A DNA stretch of 64,000 bases from contig NC_083409.1 of NCBI RefSeq assembly GCF_020745735.1, positions 14,192,760 through 14,256,759 of the forward strand, given 5' to 3'. Positions 12,481-25,142 of the stretch are shown piece by piece. Both the position numbers and the translations under genes were made by a program. The notes beneath the pieces were generated by a model. It was not told the DNA's origin and did not search any database. It worked only from the letters and a program-made list of their open reading frames with translations. Every line of letters starts with the position of its first letter. Position 1 is the stretch's first letter. Source of the DNA: Hemiscyllium ocellatum (lineage: Eukaryota).

Positions 12481-12842
12481 CAGCCAACAATGTCTGTGAT
12501 TGGCCGAAGATTATTTCAGGGGCGAACCGACATGCAGCAGAGATTGCACAGTTCGATCCCATCAGCTGGGCATGTACCAACAGAGTGAAGAGGGAATGCA
12601 TCAGATTGCACTTACTGAGTCCCAACAACTTTCAGTTTCTGTTCTTTTTGGAATCTACATAAATTCCTGATTAAAGGGATCATTTGAAAATGATTGATGA
12701 TTGATGATTGTAATTGATTGACAGGCCAAGTAACCAATTGTGACAATGACCTGCTGAAATACAGCCAATCAACTGAGAGATGGGGGGGAGGAGAAAGTCA
12801 GTTATTTCCAAAGCACACGGAGACAGAGACTGAATTTTCACC

Positions 12843-12848
12843 TTTATT
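12843..12848 (-). terminator. Candidate polyadenylation signal AATAAA for the kappa transcript (alternative AGTAAA at 13051-13056)
   Basis: tttatt on + strand, about 500 nt 3' of the C stop codon. Confidence 0.45.
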
Positions 12849-13344
12849 CCCTTTTCCACATTCACATTCACAGAAAAAGAAACAACTGCAATTAACAGCC
12901 AAGACAGAGGAAGCTGCTCAAATTCATAGCCCCAATGGAGATTGAGGAAAACACTTGGAGAGATTTTCTCAATAACACGAGAATCCTGCCCCTTTAAACA
13001 GTGACAAAACCTTAAACTGGAACTGGCAGCTGAGCAGGAAGGAGATCTGGTTTACTGAAGCAGAGACTTCTGAGGTTCACATTGTTTTGTGCAGCTAACA
13101 TAACAAGGCAATCCTGTCCCCATCAAACATTCCCAGGACAAGGACAGTATGGGGTTTGACACAGTGTAAAGCTCTCTTGACACTGTCGCGATGACCTGCT
13201 TTAATATCCAAACCTCAGAAGTTTCTCTGAGCAATCCTGAGAAGGAAGAGAGTTGAAATTCAGTGCTGACAATGACCTTTGTCCTGCCAGCTCAGCCCTG
13301 TTCTGTTTAAAGTTGTGTCTCCTCTGTGGACTGTCTCCAACACT

Positions 13345-13673
13345 CTACACACATTCTGATCTCCTGATGCTCTTGCTGAGGGGAGAGGGGAGGGTCACGT
13401 GGGTGAGGGCACAGGAGAAGCGAGCGTCGGACTCCCAGTCAGACCCAGAGAGGGTCAGCAGGCTGCTGACACTGTAGGTGCTGTCTGAAGCTCGCAGGTA
13501 GTTGCTGGTCTGAACCCCGTCCGAAATGACTGCACCGTCCTTCTTCCACTGCACCTCCAGCTCATCGGGATAGAAGTGATTGGCAAGGCACACCAGGGTG
13601 GCAGTGCCCTTGGCATTGACCTGCTCCGGGGAGGGGGGCAGCAAGGTCAGCTTGGGCTGAGAGTTCTCACGGC
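13345..13673 (-). CDS. IGKC: Ig light chain constant exon, kappa / elasmobranch type III (NS4-like)
   Basis: Acceptor ctttcag|GC; reads (S)RENSQPKLTLLPPSPEQVNAKGTATLVCLANHFYPDELEVQWKKDG...FSCALTHVTLPSPLSKSIRRSECV*. C1-set Cys/Trp/Cys present; penultimate Cys for the H-L disulfide. Confidence 0.97.
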
Positions 13674-14009
13674 CTGAAAGACAAGAGAAACAATTTTAAT
13701 TCCTGCCACTGGAAGGGAATTCAACCATAATCTGGCCATACAATCTTTTTGAACATTTGTCGTCAATACAGAATAAACCCAACAAACGACCAAGCATTGT
13801 TCACATTGCTTCTTGGGATGTGGGTGTCACTGGCAGGGCCAACATTTATTACCCATCCCTAATTGCCCCTGAGAAGGTGATGGTGAAGTAGCATAGAGAG
13901 AAGGGACAGTTTCTGGGCAGCTGGAAGGGCTGTCAATGGGGGAGCATTTTCGTGACAGTGATCAGAACTCAGTGAGATTGAGAGAAGGGATGGAAATGGA
14001 GAACCATGG

Positions 14010-14660
14010 AGCAAGTGTAAAAGTTTTCATTTTACTAAACTGTGTGGTGCTTTGGTAAAAGTGGATCGGAACCAATGGCATGATGGGAAATCAGTGTCAG
14101 GGCAGTAGGAGCCCTCGAAGGATGAGACAGACTGTTCAGAATCTGGTCCCACAATTAGTAAGGGTGTGGCTTCCAGATCTAGACCAAATGAACAAGAGGA
14201 TTGGGGTTCACATACTGACATGGATTGGGAACTGGTTGGCAGACAGGACAGAAAGAATGAGTCTTTTTCTGAATGACAGGTAGTTACACAGTGGTCAGTC
14301 CTTGGTACTCAGTTATTCTTAAAGTATAATAATAGAATCATCGAGTCAGAGAGACCCAAAAGGCCCATCAGCCCATTGTGTCCATACTGGTCAAAAAACA
14401 ACAACCCAATAATTCTCATCCATTTTACCAGCATGAGGGAATTAGATGCGGTATGTGTTCAATAAGGAATTAGATGTAGTTCTTCGGATGAAAGGGATCA
14501 AAGAATGTGGGGAGAAAGCAGGAACAGGGGACTGTGTTGGATAATCAGCCATGATCATAATGAATGGTGGAGCAGGCTCGGGGGCCAAATGGCCTACGGT
14601 TGCTCGTAGTTTGGATGTTTCTATCTGTATCTCAGATAATGAAGGAATTTGAAACTGCAA
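14010..14660 (+). mobile_element. CR1 LINE fragments
   Basis: ILTWIGNWLADRTERM motif and tail aatggtggagcaggctcgggggccaaatggcctac. Confidence 0.75.
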
Positions 14661-14769
14661 GTCATGTGGAGATGGAAGATTTGGCCATGGTGTTTAATGC
14701 AGGTCAGTGAGGTGGTAAGAAGACACATGGGATAAACTGTTCTTCATTTTCCCTTGATGGAATGAGGGC

Positions 14770-15082
14770 AATTGCTGGATCGGCAGCATTTATTGTCCAT
14801 CGCTAATCACCCAAAGGGCAGTTTAGAGTCAACCACATTGCTGTGGGTCTGGGGTCACATGGTAAGGATGGCAGTTTCTTTCCCGAAAGGACATTAGGGA
14901 ATCAGATGGCGTTTTCCTGACAATCAAAGATGCTTTCGTGCTCGTCATTAGACTCTAATTCCAGATTTTTTTTGATTGAATTTGAATGCCACCATCTGCT
15001 GGATTCTAACCCTGGTCCCCAGAACATTACCTGGATCTCTGGATTAACAGCTCAGCAATAACACCATTAGACCATCACCTCC
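14770..15082 (-). mobile_element. Second tRNA-derived SINE family
   Basis: Minus strand reads gggaggtgatggtctaatggtgttattgctgagctgttaatccagag...accagggttagaatcc (A/B-box-like head) and ends in a LINE-like tail. Confidence 0.6.
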
Positions 15083-15129
15083 CTTATCTCATTTTTGGTT
15101 GACTGTGAAAGCAAGGAGTTTGTTTATTC

Positions 15130-15625
15130 TGGAACTGTATAAAACCCCAGTTAGAGCACAGTGAGAGAACTGTGTACGGTTCTGGTCACCACATTATAGG
15201 AAGGATGTGATCCCACAGGAGACCAGGACAGAGGAAGAGTTTGTCTGGAATGGGACTTTGAGTTTTGAGGAATGTTTGGATTGGCTGGGAGTGTTTTCGT
15301 TGGAACAGAGGAGGCTGAGGGGAGATTTGATGGTGGTGTGTAAAATGATGAGGGGCCTGGACAGAGTGGGTAGGAAGGACTGATTTCCACCAGCACAGAG
15401 GGCAATAACCCTGGGGAGAGATTGAAATCAGTTGGGGGCAGGATTATAGGGGAGTTGAGGGTATTTGTTTTCACCCAGAGCTTGGTGGGATGTGGGACTC
15501 ACAGCCTGAAAGGGTGGGAGAGGCAGAAACCCTCATCACTTTGAAAAAAACACTTGGGTATTCACTTCAAACAGTGAAACCTCCAGAGCTATGGAGCAAG
15601 AGCTGGAAAGTGGGATGGATCTTGA
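15130..15625 (+). mobile_element. CR1 LINE 3' fragment
   Basis: ENCVRFWSPHYRKDV-type RT C-terminus and CR1 3' UTR motifs. Confidence 0.75.
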
Positions 15626-16239
15626 TACTTCTTTAACAAACCTCCGATCACCCACAGATCAGGAGAAATTTATCCGAGAACTTTGGAGCAGACTCGGATC
15701 CACACACTTCGGGAATGAGTCACATTGGGGTGTCTGTGTAGAAGGTTCTAGATTACATTTCAAACCTTGCTGCACACTGCTGGGCTGAGGTCAAGGGTGA
15801 GGCTGCAAAGAGTCTCAGTGTCCTTTGGGTCACTGCTCCTAATGACCCCATGCCCCCGGAAGGTGAGAGTGCACAGACAATGGGTGAGTGTTCGGATCAG
15901 GAGACTTCAAACTTAAAGAAAGACTTGCATTTGTGAAGCACCTGTCCCCAAATCAAGATGTCCCAATGGATCTTTCCTGCAGACTGTGCACAGCGAGATC
16001 CCAAACACAATATGATAAAAAGAAGAGAAACAGATTTTCATTGATTTTGACTGGGGGATAAATATTGATTAGGGACACCAGGGGGAACTGCCTGCTCTTC
16101 ATCCAAAAGTCCATGGAATGGCATCTTTCACAACTGGAAGACTCTCAGTTCATCCAAAAAAAAAGAATAGTTCACTGGAAGTGAGGTTGCAGGTAGGTGG
16201 GGGGGTGGGGGGGGGGGGTGACAATGTCATTTGGTTTGC

Positions 16240-16760
16240 TTTCTTTTATTGGTCAGTGCATTGAGTATTGGAGTTGGGAGCTCTTGTGGCTGACAGACAT
16301 TGGTTAGGGCACTTTTGGAATACTGTGTGTAATTCTGGTCTCCCTGCTGGAGGAAAAATGTTGTGAACCTTAAAATGGTTCAGAAAAGATTTACAAGGAT
16401 GTTGCCAAGGTTGGAGGGTTTGAGCTATCGGGAGAGGCTGAATAGGCTGAGGCTGTTTTCCCTGGATCATTGCAGGTTGATGGGTGACCGGATGGAGGTT
16501 TATAAAATCATGAGCAGCATAGATAGGGTGAATAGAGAAGATCTTTTCTCCAGAGTGGGGGAGTCCAGAACTGGAGGGCATAGGTTGAAGGTGACAGGGG
16601 AAAGATTTAAAAGGGACCTAAAGAACAACGTTTTCATTCAGATGGTGTTAAATGTATGAAATGGGCTGCCAGAAGAAGTGGTGAAGGCTGGTATGATTAA
16701 AACATTTAAAAGGCATGGATATGTAAATCAGAAAAGTTTAGAGCATATGGGCATCAATCC
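16240..16760 (+). mobile_element. CR1 LINE 3' fragment
   Basis: ORF 16363-16659: VQKRFTRMLPRLEGLSYRERLNRLRLFSL. Confidence 0.85.
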
Positions 16761-16919
16761 AGCCCTTAACATTTCAGGCTCTTCCAAAGACATTTACAGA
16801 CAGTTTTGTTTGACAAGGAGTCACTGTTGCAATGTCAGGAAGGTGGCAGCCAGTTTCTACACAGCAGGATTCAAGTAGAAGCAAGAGATCAAAGAGCAAT
16901 AATGAGAAATATTGGCCTG

Positions 16920-17236
16920 ATTAGATTCCCTCCAGTGTGGAAACAGGCAGTTCAGCCTGACAAGTCCACACCAACCCTCCAAACAGCAGCCCACCCAGAA
17001 ACATTCCATACATTTACTCCTGACTATTTCATCTAACACTGTAGGCAATTTAGAATGGCCAATTCACCTGGCCTGCACATCTTTGGACAGTGGGAGTAAA
17101 CCAGAGCACCTGGGGGAAACCCACACAGACACAGGGACAATGTGCAAACACCACACAGACAGTTTCCCAAGGCAGGAATTGAACCCGTATCCTTGGCGCT
17201 GTGAGGTAGCGGTGCTAACCACTGAGCCACCATGCC
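16920..17236 (-). mobile_element. HE1-like SINE, full length
   Basis: Minus strand ggcatggtggctcagtggttagcac...ggttcaattcc (A and B boxes), conserved core, CR1-like tail with aatcta repeat. Confidence 0.9.
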
Positions 17237-18020
17237 TTAGGTCAATCGACACATAAAGTAATTTGGTTCAGTTGGATGGAAAATGAGAAAACAGAAGGTG
17301 AAGGAGAAGGTCGATTGTTGGTTAGTGGTGGGATTGATTGTTACCAGAAAATAAAAGATGGGGACGGATTTTTTGAATATCAAAGGAACTAAAGAAGTGC
17401 AGGGAAAATCAATAATAGAATAAATTTAAAGAGTTTGTAACTAAATGCACAAAGCATTCCGAATAAGGTAGACAAAGTGACGCAATAAATCAAGGTAAAT
17501 TGAGTGTCCAAGGAATTAAACTAGTTAAAGTGGAGGAGGGCTCAGGAGAGGTTATTCAAGTTTCTAGAAGACAACCTAGGACAGAGAGTACAGAAAGGAA
17601 CAAGAGTCGAACTTCAAGCACAGTAGATAAGAGGACAATGATGAGAAGGAGGGCAGTCAATGCAGGACTGAGGGTGTTGTACTTAAATGCACACAGTATA
17701 CACAATGAGCTTGTAGTGCAGATTGAAACTGGTAGGTACGATGTTGTGGGTATCACAGAGACATGGCTGTAAGGGGGTCTGGGCTGGGAACTAAATATCC
17801 AAGGATCCATGTCCTATCAAAAGGACAGGCAGATGGGCAGAGGGGCAAGAGTTGCCTTGTTAGTGTGAAATAAAATTCAATCAATAGCAAGAAGTCAGAA
17901 GGTGTAGAATCTGTGTGGGTAGAGCTGAGGAACCACAATAAAGAATCTGATGCAAGTTATGTCCAGGTCTCCAAGCAGTAATCAGGGTGTGGGGAAGGAA
18001 ATCAATCAGGAGACAGAAAA

Positions 18021-18312
18021 TTAGATTAGATTACTTACAGTGTGGAAGCAGGCTGTTCAGCCCAACAAGTCCACACCGACCCACTGAAGCGCAACCCACC
18101 CATACCCCTACATTTACCCCTTACCTAACACTACGGGCAATTTAGCATGTCCAATTCACCTGACCTGCACATCTTTGGACTGAGGGAGGAAACCCACGCA
18201 GACATGGGGAGAACGAGCAAACTCCACGCAGTCAGTCGCCTGAGATAGGAATTGAACCTGGGTCTCAGGCGCTGTGAGGCAGCAGTGCTAACCACTGTGC
18301 CACCATGCCGCC
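18021..18312 (-). mobile_element. HE1-like SINE with 7-bp target-site duplication CAGAAAA
   Basis: cagaaaa at 18014-18020 and 18313-18319 flanks the element; (ttaga)n tail and A/B boxes. Confidence 0.9.
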
Positions 18313-19349
18313 CAGAAAAGGGATAAACTAAATGTCAGGGTAGACCTCAATGGATAGGTGGACTGGGTAGTGCATCGAAAGAAAAGGATTTCATGGAATG
18401 TCTACGAGATGGTTTTTGGAGCAGCTTGTGGTTGAGCCATGATGGAACAGGCAGGTGTGGATTCAGTGATGTGGAATGAGGCAAACATGATTAGTGAGTT
18501 TAAGGTGAAAGTATCACTCTGGATAAGTGACCATAATTCCCCCTGTAGTTTGAGAGAGAGAAGCTACAATCAGATGGAACTGTATTTCAGTTGAGTAAAG
18601 GTAACTGCAAAGACATGAGGAAGGAGCTGGCCAGAGTTGGTTGTAAGGGGAGCCGAGCAGGTAAGATGGTGGGGCAGCAAACAGCAGAGTTTCTGGGGGT
18701 AATTCAGGAAGTAGAGTAGGAATTCATCCCAAAAAAGAAAAAAACATTCTCAGGGGAGGACAAGGCAACCATGGCTGATGAGGGAGGTCAAGGACAGCAT
18801 AAAAGCAAAAGAAAAAGCATCCAATGTGGTGGAGAATAGTGGGAAGCCAGAGGATTAGGAAGTCTTTAAAGAGCTATAGAGGATAACTAAAAAAGCATTA
18901 AGGGTGGAGAAGATGAAATCTGGGAGTTATCTAGCCAGTAATATAAAAGAAGATTGCAAGAGTTTTAGCAAATATATAAAAAGGAAGAGGGAGGCAAAAC
19001 TAGACATTGGATCACTGGAAAATGAGTTTGGAGAAAGAATAGTAGGAAATGAAGGAATAGCCGAGGAATTGAATCGATACTTTGCATCAGTCTGCACCAT
19101 GGAAAACACCAGCAGTGTACCAGTACTTCCAGACTGTCAGGGGGCAGTTCAGGCGTGTAGTGGCCATCAGTAAGGAGGAGGTACTGGGGAAGCTGGAAGG
19201 TCTGAATTTGGATAACTCCCCCAGACTGGATGAACTACACCAGTGTGTTCTGAAGGAGATCACTGAAGAGATTGTGGAGGCATTGGTGATGATCTTTCAG
19301 GAATCAATGGAGTCAGGGTGTGGAGGTGGAGATTTGATGGGGGATATAT

Positions 19350-19552
19350 ACCCCTTGCCTAAGGCTAAGGCCAATTCACCTGACCCGCACATCTTTGGAC
19401 TGTGGGAGGAAACCGGAGCACCTGGAGGAAACCCACACAGACACGGGGAGAACATGCAAACTCCACACAGTCAGTCGCCTGAGGCAGGAATTGAACCCAG
19501 GTCCCTGGCGCTGTGAGGCAGCAGTGCTAACCAATGTGCCACAGTGTCACCC
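19350..19552 (-). mobile_element. HE1-like SINE, 3'-truncated
   Basis: Head and core match the other copies; tail missing. Confidence 0.85.
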
Positions 19553-19951
19553 GGTGGACTTGGAAGTGCAATGGTAAAATAGGGCTGAGTCAACACGGTT
19601 TCATCAAGGGGAGGTCATGCCTGGCAAATGTGTTAGAATTCTTTGAGGAGGCAATGAGCCAGTCAGGCAAAGGAGAGTCCGAGGAAGTAATGTATTTTGA
19701 TTTCCAGAAGGTATTTGACATAAGATAAGCGCCCACGGTGTTAGGGGCAATGTACTGGCATGGACTGAGAACGGACAGGTTGGCATAAAGCAGAGAGTGA
19801 GGAAAGATGGCAGCTGGTGACTGGTAGAGTTCTGCAGGTGTCAATGTTGGGACAATAACTATTCACGTTATACATTAACAATCTGGATGAAGGAAGTGAA
19901 GACATTGTTGCTAAGTTTGCAGACAACATGAGATAGGTGGAGGGACAGGAG

Positions 19952-20274
19952 GGGCGGCACGGTGGCACAGTGGTTAGCAGTGCTGCCTCACAGCGCCAGA
20001 GACCTGGGTTCAATTCCCAACTCAGGCGACTGACTGTGTGGAGTTTGCACGTTCTCCCCGTGTCTGCGTGGGTTTCCTCCGGGTGCTCCGGTTTCCTCCC
20101 ACAGTCCAAAGATGTGCGGGTCAGGTGAATTGGCCACGTAAATTGCCCGTAGTGTTAGGTAAGGGGTAAATGTAGGGGTATGGGTGGGTTTCGCTTCGGC
20201 GGGTCGGTGTGGACTTGTTGGGCCGAAGGGCCTGTTTCCACACTGTAAGTAATCTAAAGTAATCTCTAATCTAA
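19952..20274 (+). mobile_element. Young HE1-like SINE, full length, CpGs intact
   Basis: ggcggcacggtggcacagtggttagc (A box), ggttcaattcc (B box), taatct tail; splits CR1 ggagggacagg/tagtgttgaggaag. Confidence 0.92.
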
Positions 20275-21214
20275 AGGTAGTGTTGAGGAAGTGGGAAGGC
20301 TGTAAAAGGTCCTAATAGGCTCTGAGAGTTGGCAAAGAAGTGGCAGATAGAACACAAGAAGAAATACAAAGACTGTTTGCTAAATGAGGAAAGCCTTTGG
20401 AAATCTAAAGCACAAACCTCATTCAGGTTAACAGGCAGGTCCAGTTTGTGCTTGAGAAGGCAAATGAAATGATAGCATTCATTTCAATAGGGCCAGAATA
20501 CAAGAGCAGAGATGTACTGCTGAGGCTGTGTAAGGCTCTGGTCAAACTGTATTTGGAATATTGTGGGCATTTTTGGGACCCATATTTTAATAGAACAATG
20601 TGCTGGCATTGGAGGGGTTTACAAGAATGATCCTGGCAATGAAGGGCTTGTCATATCAGGCGTGCTTGAGGACTCTGGGTCTGTACTCAATGGACTTTAG
20701 AAGGATGAAGAGGGATCTTATTGAAATTTACAGAATACTGACAGGCCTGGATAGAGTTGATGCAGAGAAGATGTTTCCAAAAACAGGAGAGACTCGGTAA
20801 CCAAGGCACAGCCTCAGAATGAAGGGCCGACTCTTTAGAGTTGAGATAAGGGTGAATCTCTTCAGCCAGAGGGTGGTGAATCTGTTGAACTTATTGCTAC
20901 AGAGGGCAGTGGAGGCCAAGTCACTGAGTGTATTTAAGACAGGGATAGATAGGTTTGTGATTGTTAAGGGGATGGAAAATTCCTGTGGAGTAGGCAGGAG
21001 AATGGGGTTGAGAAGCATATCTGCCAAGATCAAATTGCAGAGCAGATTCAATGGGCTGAATGGCTGATTTCTGCTCCTATTTCTTAAAGTCTTCTGGAGA
21101 GTTTCCCAAAACCCTGGAACACTGAACCTGCTGGACTGTGAGCCCTGCTGTAGCTGTTTATCAACAGATAACCAAAGAGTGGAGAGAGTGTGCATTTAGG
21201 TGGGAACTTCAGAA

Positions 21215-21960
21215 TGCTTCCCAGCTCCTGGAATACCATGAGTGCAGGAAGTGTGGTCAGTGACAGCAGTTGGAGCTCCAGGTTCTGGAGCTTGAGCAGC
21301 AGCTGGTGTCAGTGGAGAGCATCTGTGAGGCTGAGAGCTCCGTGGAGAGCACGTTTCTAGATGTGGTCACTCTGCAGCTTCAGAGTATGCAGGGAGAGAG
21401 GGAATGGGGGAGCAGCAGACAGTCCAAAAGGACCAGGCAGCTAGTACAGGAATCCCTGAGTGCCTCCCACTCTCCAACTAGGATTCAGTTCAGAATCCTG
21501 ATGAGAATGATGGTTCATCTGGGGAGTGCAGCCAGAGCCAAGTCCCTGGCACCACGGGGGGGGGGGCTCAGCTATACAGGAGGGCAGAAGGAAAACTGGA
21601 AGAGCGATAGTGAGAGGATATTTGAGAGTGAGGGCATCGATAGGTGTTTCTGCAGCTGCAGATGGGAATCCAGGATGGTGTGTTGTCTCTCTGATGCCAA
21701 GGTCAAGGATGTCACTGAGCGGCTGCAGAGCACCCTGAGGGGAGAGGGGGAACAGCCAGCAGTCATAGTCCACATTGGTCCCAGTGATGGATGGAGAAAA
21801 AGGAACGTGGTCCTGCAGTCAGAAGGTTGGGAGCTCTGGAGGGAATTAGCAGCAGGAACTGAAAAGGAGGAATCTCCGGATGACTCCCAGTGCTACATGC
21901 AGGTGAGAATAGAATCAGGAGGTGAGCACAGGTGACTGTGGGGCTGGAAAGAGGATCCAT
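21215..21960 (+). mobile_element. CR1 ORF1 relic (coiled-coil + SGNH/GDSL esterase)
   Basis: ELQVLELEQQL...; GRAIVRG...; ESRMVCCLSDAKVKDVTERLQ...QPAVIVHIG. Confidence 0.85.
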
Positions 21961-22321
21961 GAGGGAGGTCTTTGGATTTTTGTGAGGTGGTTTACTCATG
22001 CAGTTAGAGAGGGTTTAAACTAACTTGGCAGGGCTGTGCGAACCAGGAGAGAATGTCAAAGAGGAACACAAAGGAACACAGAATCCTCAGTTCAGTCAAT
22101 AAGTCACCTCCCAGTGGGAAGGATGTGGAAGAATACAAATGCATGAATTTACAGAGACCTGCAAATATGGTAGAGTTGTTATAAATGGGCGGGGCGGTCT
22201 TTAGCTTCTGAATATAGACTGGGATAGTAGCAGTGTAATGGGCAGGAAGGGCCCAGAGTTGTGAGAGTGTGTTCAGGTGAATTTTCAGGTGGCATCGGTG
22301 GCTCAGTGGTGGCTCAGGTGG

Positions 22322-22640
22322 GGCAGCACGGTGGCTCAGTGGGTAGCACTGCAGCCTCTCAGAGCTAGGGTCACAGGTTCGATTCCAGCCTTGGGTAACT
22401 GTCTGTGTGGAGTTTGCACATTCTCCCTGTGTCTGCGTGGGTTTCCTCCGGGTGTTCTGGTTTACTCCCATGGTCCAAAGATGTTCAGGTCAGGTGAATT
22501 GGCCATGCTAAATTGCCCACAGTGTTAGATGCATTACTGAGAGGGAAATGGGTCTGGGTGGGTTACTCTTCGGAGGATCGGTGAGGACTTTTTGGGCAGA
22601 AGGGCCTGTTTCGACCCCGTAGAGGCTCTAATCTAATCAT
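22322..22640 (+). mobile_element. HE1-like SINE, full length
   Basis: ggcagcacggtggctcagtgggtagc A box, ggttcgattcc B box, core and ctaatctaatc tail. Confidence 0.9.
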
Positions 22641-22644
22641 TGGC

Positions 22645-25065
22645 AGTGAAGAAGGCTGTCTAAGAATACAATGGAATCTTGATCAACTGGGCCAGTGGGC
22701 TGAGGAATGGCAGATGGAGTTTAATTCAGATACATGTGAGTGCTATATTTTGGTAAGACACAAGACATGGGTGAGATCCCAAACAAATATTTCAGGTCAG
22801 TATATATTGTGGAGAAAGCTAGGGAATTTGGAAAAATAGTGATGTCTTGAAAAGAGACCACACACAAATGAGGAGACGCTCAAGATCTGAAAACACATAA
22901 AAGTAGTAGATAAACCCTAGGACCTGATCAGGTGTATCCCAGAACATTGTGGCAAACTAGGGAAGAGATTGCTGGGCCCCTTACTGAGATATGTGTATCA
23001 CTGACAACTATGGGTAAGGTGCTGGAGAACCAGAGAGGTTGACTAATGTTATGCCATTATTTAAGAAAGAAAGACTGTAAGGAAAAGCCAGGGAATTATA
23101 GACCAGTGAGCCTGATGTCAGTGTTGGGTAAGATGTTGGAGTGGATTCTGTGGGATAGGATTTACATTCTTTGGATAATCAATGTGGTTTTATGCATAGG
23201 AAATCATGTCTCCTGAATTTGATTGAGGAGGTGACAAAGAAGATTTATGGAGATAGAACAATAGACATTGTCAATATGGACTTCAGTAAAGTTTTTGACA
23301 AGGTTCCACATGATAGACTGGTTAGTAAGGTTAGACCACATGGGATCCAGGGGGAGTGAGCCATTGGGATAAAAAAATTGGATTGAAGATAGGAGACAGG
23401 AGTGGTGGTAAAAGGTTGCTTTTCAGACTGGAGATCTGTGAATAGCTGTGTGCCACTAACATTGGTGCTGGATTCACTATTTTATAGAAATGATTTGGAT
23501 GTGAATATAGGAGTTACAGTAAGTTTGTAGATGATATCTAAATTGGTACGATAGTGGATAGCGAAGAAATTCATCTCAGAGTACAGCGGGACCTTCATCA
23601 GATGGGGCAATGGGCAGAGGTGTAGCATATGGAGTTCAGTTTAGATAACTGTGAGATGTTGCATTTTGGAAAGGCAACCCAGGGCAGGAGTTAGACAGTT
23701 AATGGGAGGGCCCTGTGGAGTGTTGCTGAACAAAGAGACCTCGGATTGAAGATGCAAGTGCATTATTACTTGAAAGTGGGGTCACAAGTAGACAGGGTGA
23801 TGAAGAAGGTGTTGGGTACACTTGCTTTTATTGGTCACTATTTTGAGTATAGGAGTTGGGACATCATGTTGCAGCTGTACAGGAGATTAGTGAGGCCACT
23901 TTGGCAATAATGTGAACAATCCTGATCACCTCGAAAATAGGAAGGATGCTGTTAAACTTATAAAGCTGCAGAAAAGATTTACAAGGACATGGCCAGGAAT
24001 TGGAGGGTTTGAGCTATAGGGAAAGGCTGAAGAAACTGGGTCTATTTTTCCTACAGCATCTAAGGCTTCGGGGTGACCTTATAGATGTTTATACAATCAT
24101 GAGGGGCATGGACAGGGTGTATATCCAAGGCCTTTTCTTTGGGAAAGGGAGTCCAAAACAAGATGGCATAGGTTTAAGGTGAGAGGCAAAATATTCAAAA
24201 GGGACCTGAGGGGTAACTTGTCACACAGAGGGTGGTATGTGTCTGGATCGAGCTGCCAGAGTAAGTATTGGAGGCAGATACTATTACAGCATTTAAAACG
24301 CATTGGGATGGGTACATGAATCGGAAGGGTTTTGAGGAATGTAAGCAAAATGCTGGCAAATGGGATGAGGTGATTTAGGATATCTGGTTAGTATGGACAA
24401 GTTGAACTGAAAGGTCTGTTTCCACGCTGTATGACTCCATGACGATGAGAAGCTGGAAAAGCTGAAACTTTTTATTCTGACACGTAAGAGTCTGAGGAGT
24501 GACCTTGTAAAGGTTTATAAAATCATGAGGGTCATAGAAAATGTGAATAATTCAGGAAGGAGCTGAAGTTTTGTAGAAATGGCAAAAAATATTCCTGAAG
24601 ATCCTTCCAGGGATGAGGAACATCAGTTATACAGATTGATTGGAGAATTTGGGACTGTCTTCTTTGGCGAAGGCTGAGAGGAGATTTGTTTGAGGAATTA
24701 AAACCAGGAGGGGCCTGGACAGGGTAAATAGGGAGAAAATGTTCCCAATTGAGAAAGGATTGAGACCGAGAGAACACAGATTTAAAGTAATAAGTAAAAG
24801 TAACAAAAGTGAGAGGGGGAACAACATTTTCAGCCAGTGGGTGGTTAAGGTGTGGAATGCACTGCCTAAGAGTGTGGTGGAGGCAGCTTCAATTAAAACA
24901 TTCCGAAGGGAATGAGACTGTTATTTGAAAAGGAACAATGTGCAGGGTGACAGGGAGAAGGCAGGAGAATGACACTCAGTGAATTGCTCAGTCGGAGAAC
25001 CATGACAGACAGGATGGACGGAATGGCCTCCTTGTGCACTGTAACTATTCTGTGATTGTGTGATT
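22645..25065 (+). mobile_element. Two to three adjacent CR1 RT/3' fragments
   Basis: NQCGFMHRKSCL...MDFSKVFDKVPHDRL; LSYRERLKKLGLF; CR1 tails at about 24440 and 25050. Confidence 0.88.
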
Positions 25066-25110
25066 GAGCAGAGTTAAAGCTGGGGGAGGTGGGAGCTCGG
25101 TGTCTCACTG

Positions 25111-25142
<32 letters not shown>
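25111..25142. repeat. (TGC)10 / CTG-CAG trinucleotide repeat in the J-C intron
   Basis: tgctgctgct...ctgctg, read directly. Confidence 0.95.

Larger units (their letters stand above)
17420..21090 (+). mobile_element. Long decayed CR1 LINE ORF2 (APE endonuclease + RT) with three nested SINEs
   Basis: LRVLYLNAHSI...YDVVGITETWL (EN), QHGFIKGRSCL...YFDFQKVFD (RT), CR1 3' tail at about 21050-21090. Confidence 0.9.

Noticed and set aside
19952-20030. tRNA gene call for A/B-box-containing heads
   Set aside because: They continue into the SINE core and CR1-like tail and do not form a full cloverleaf.
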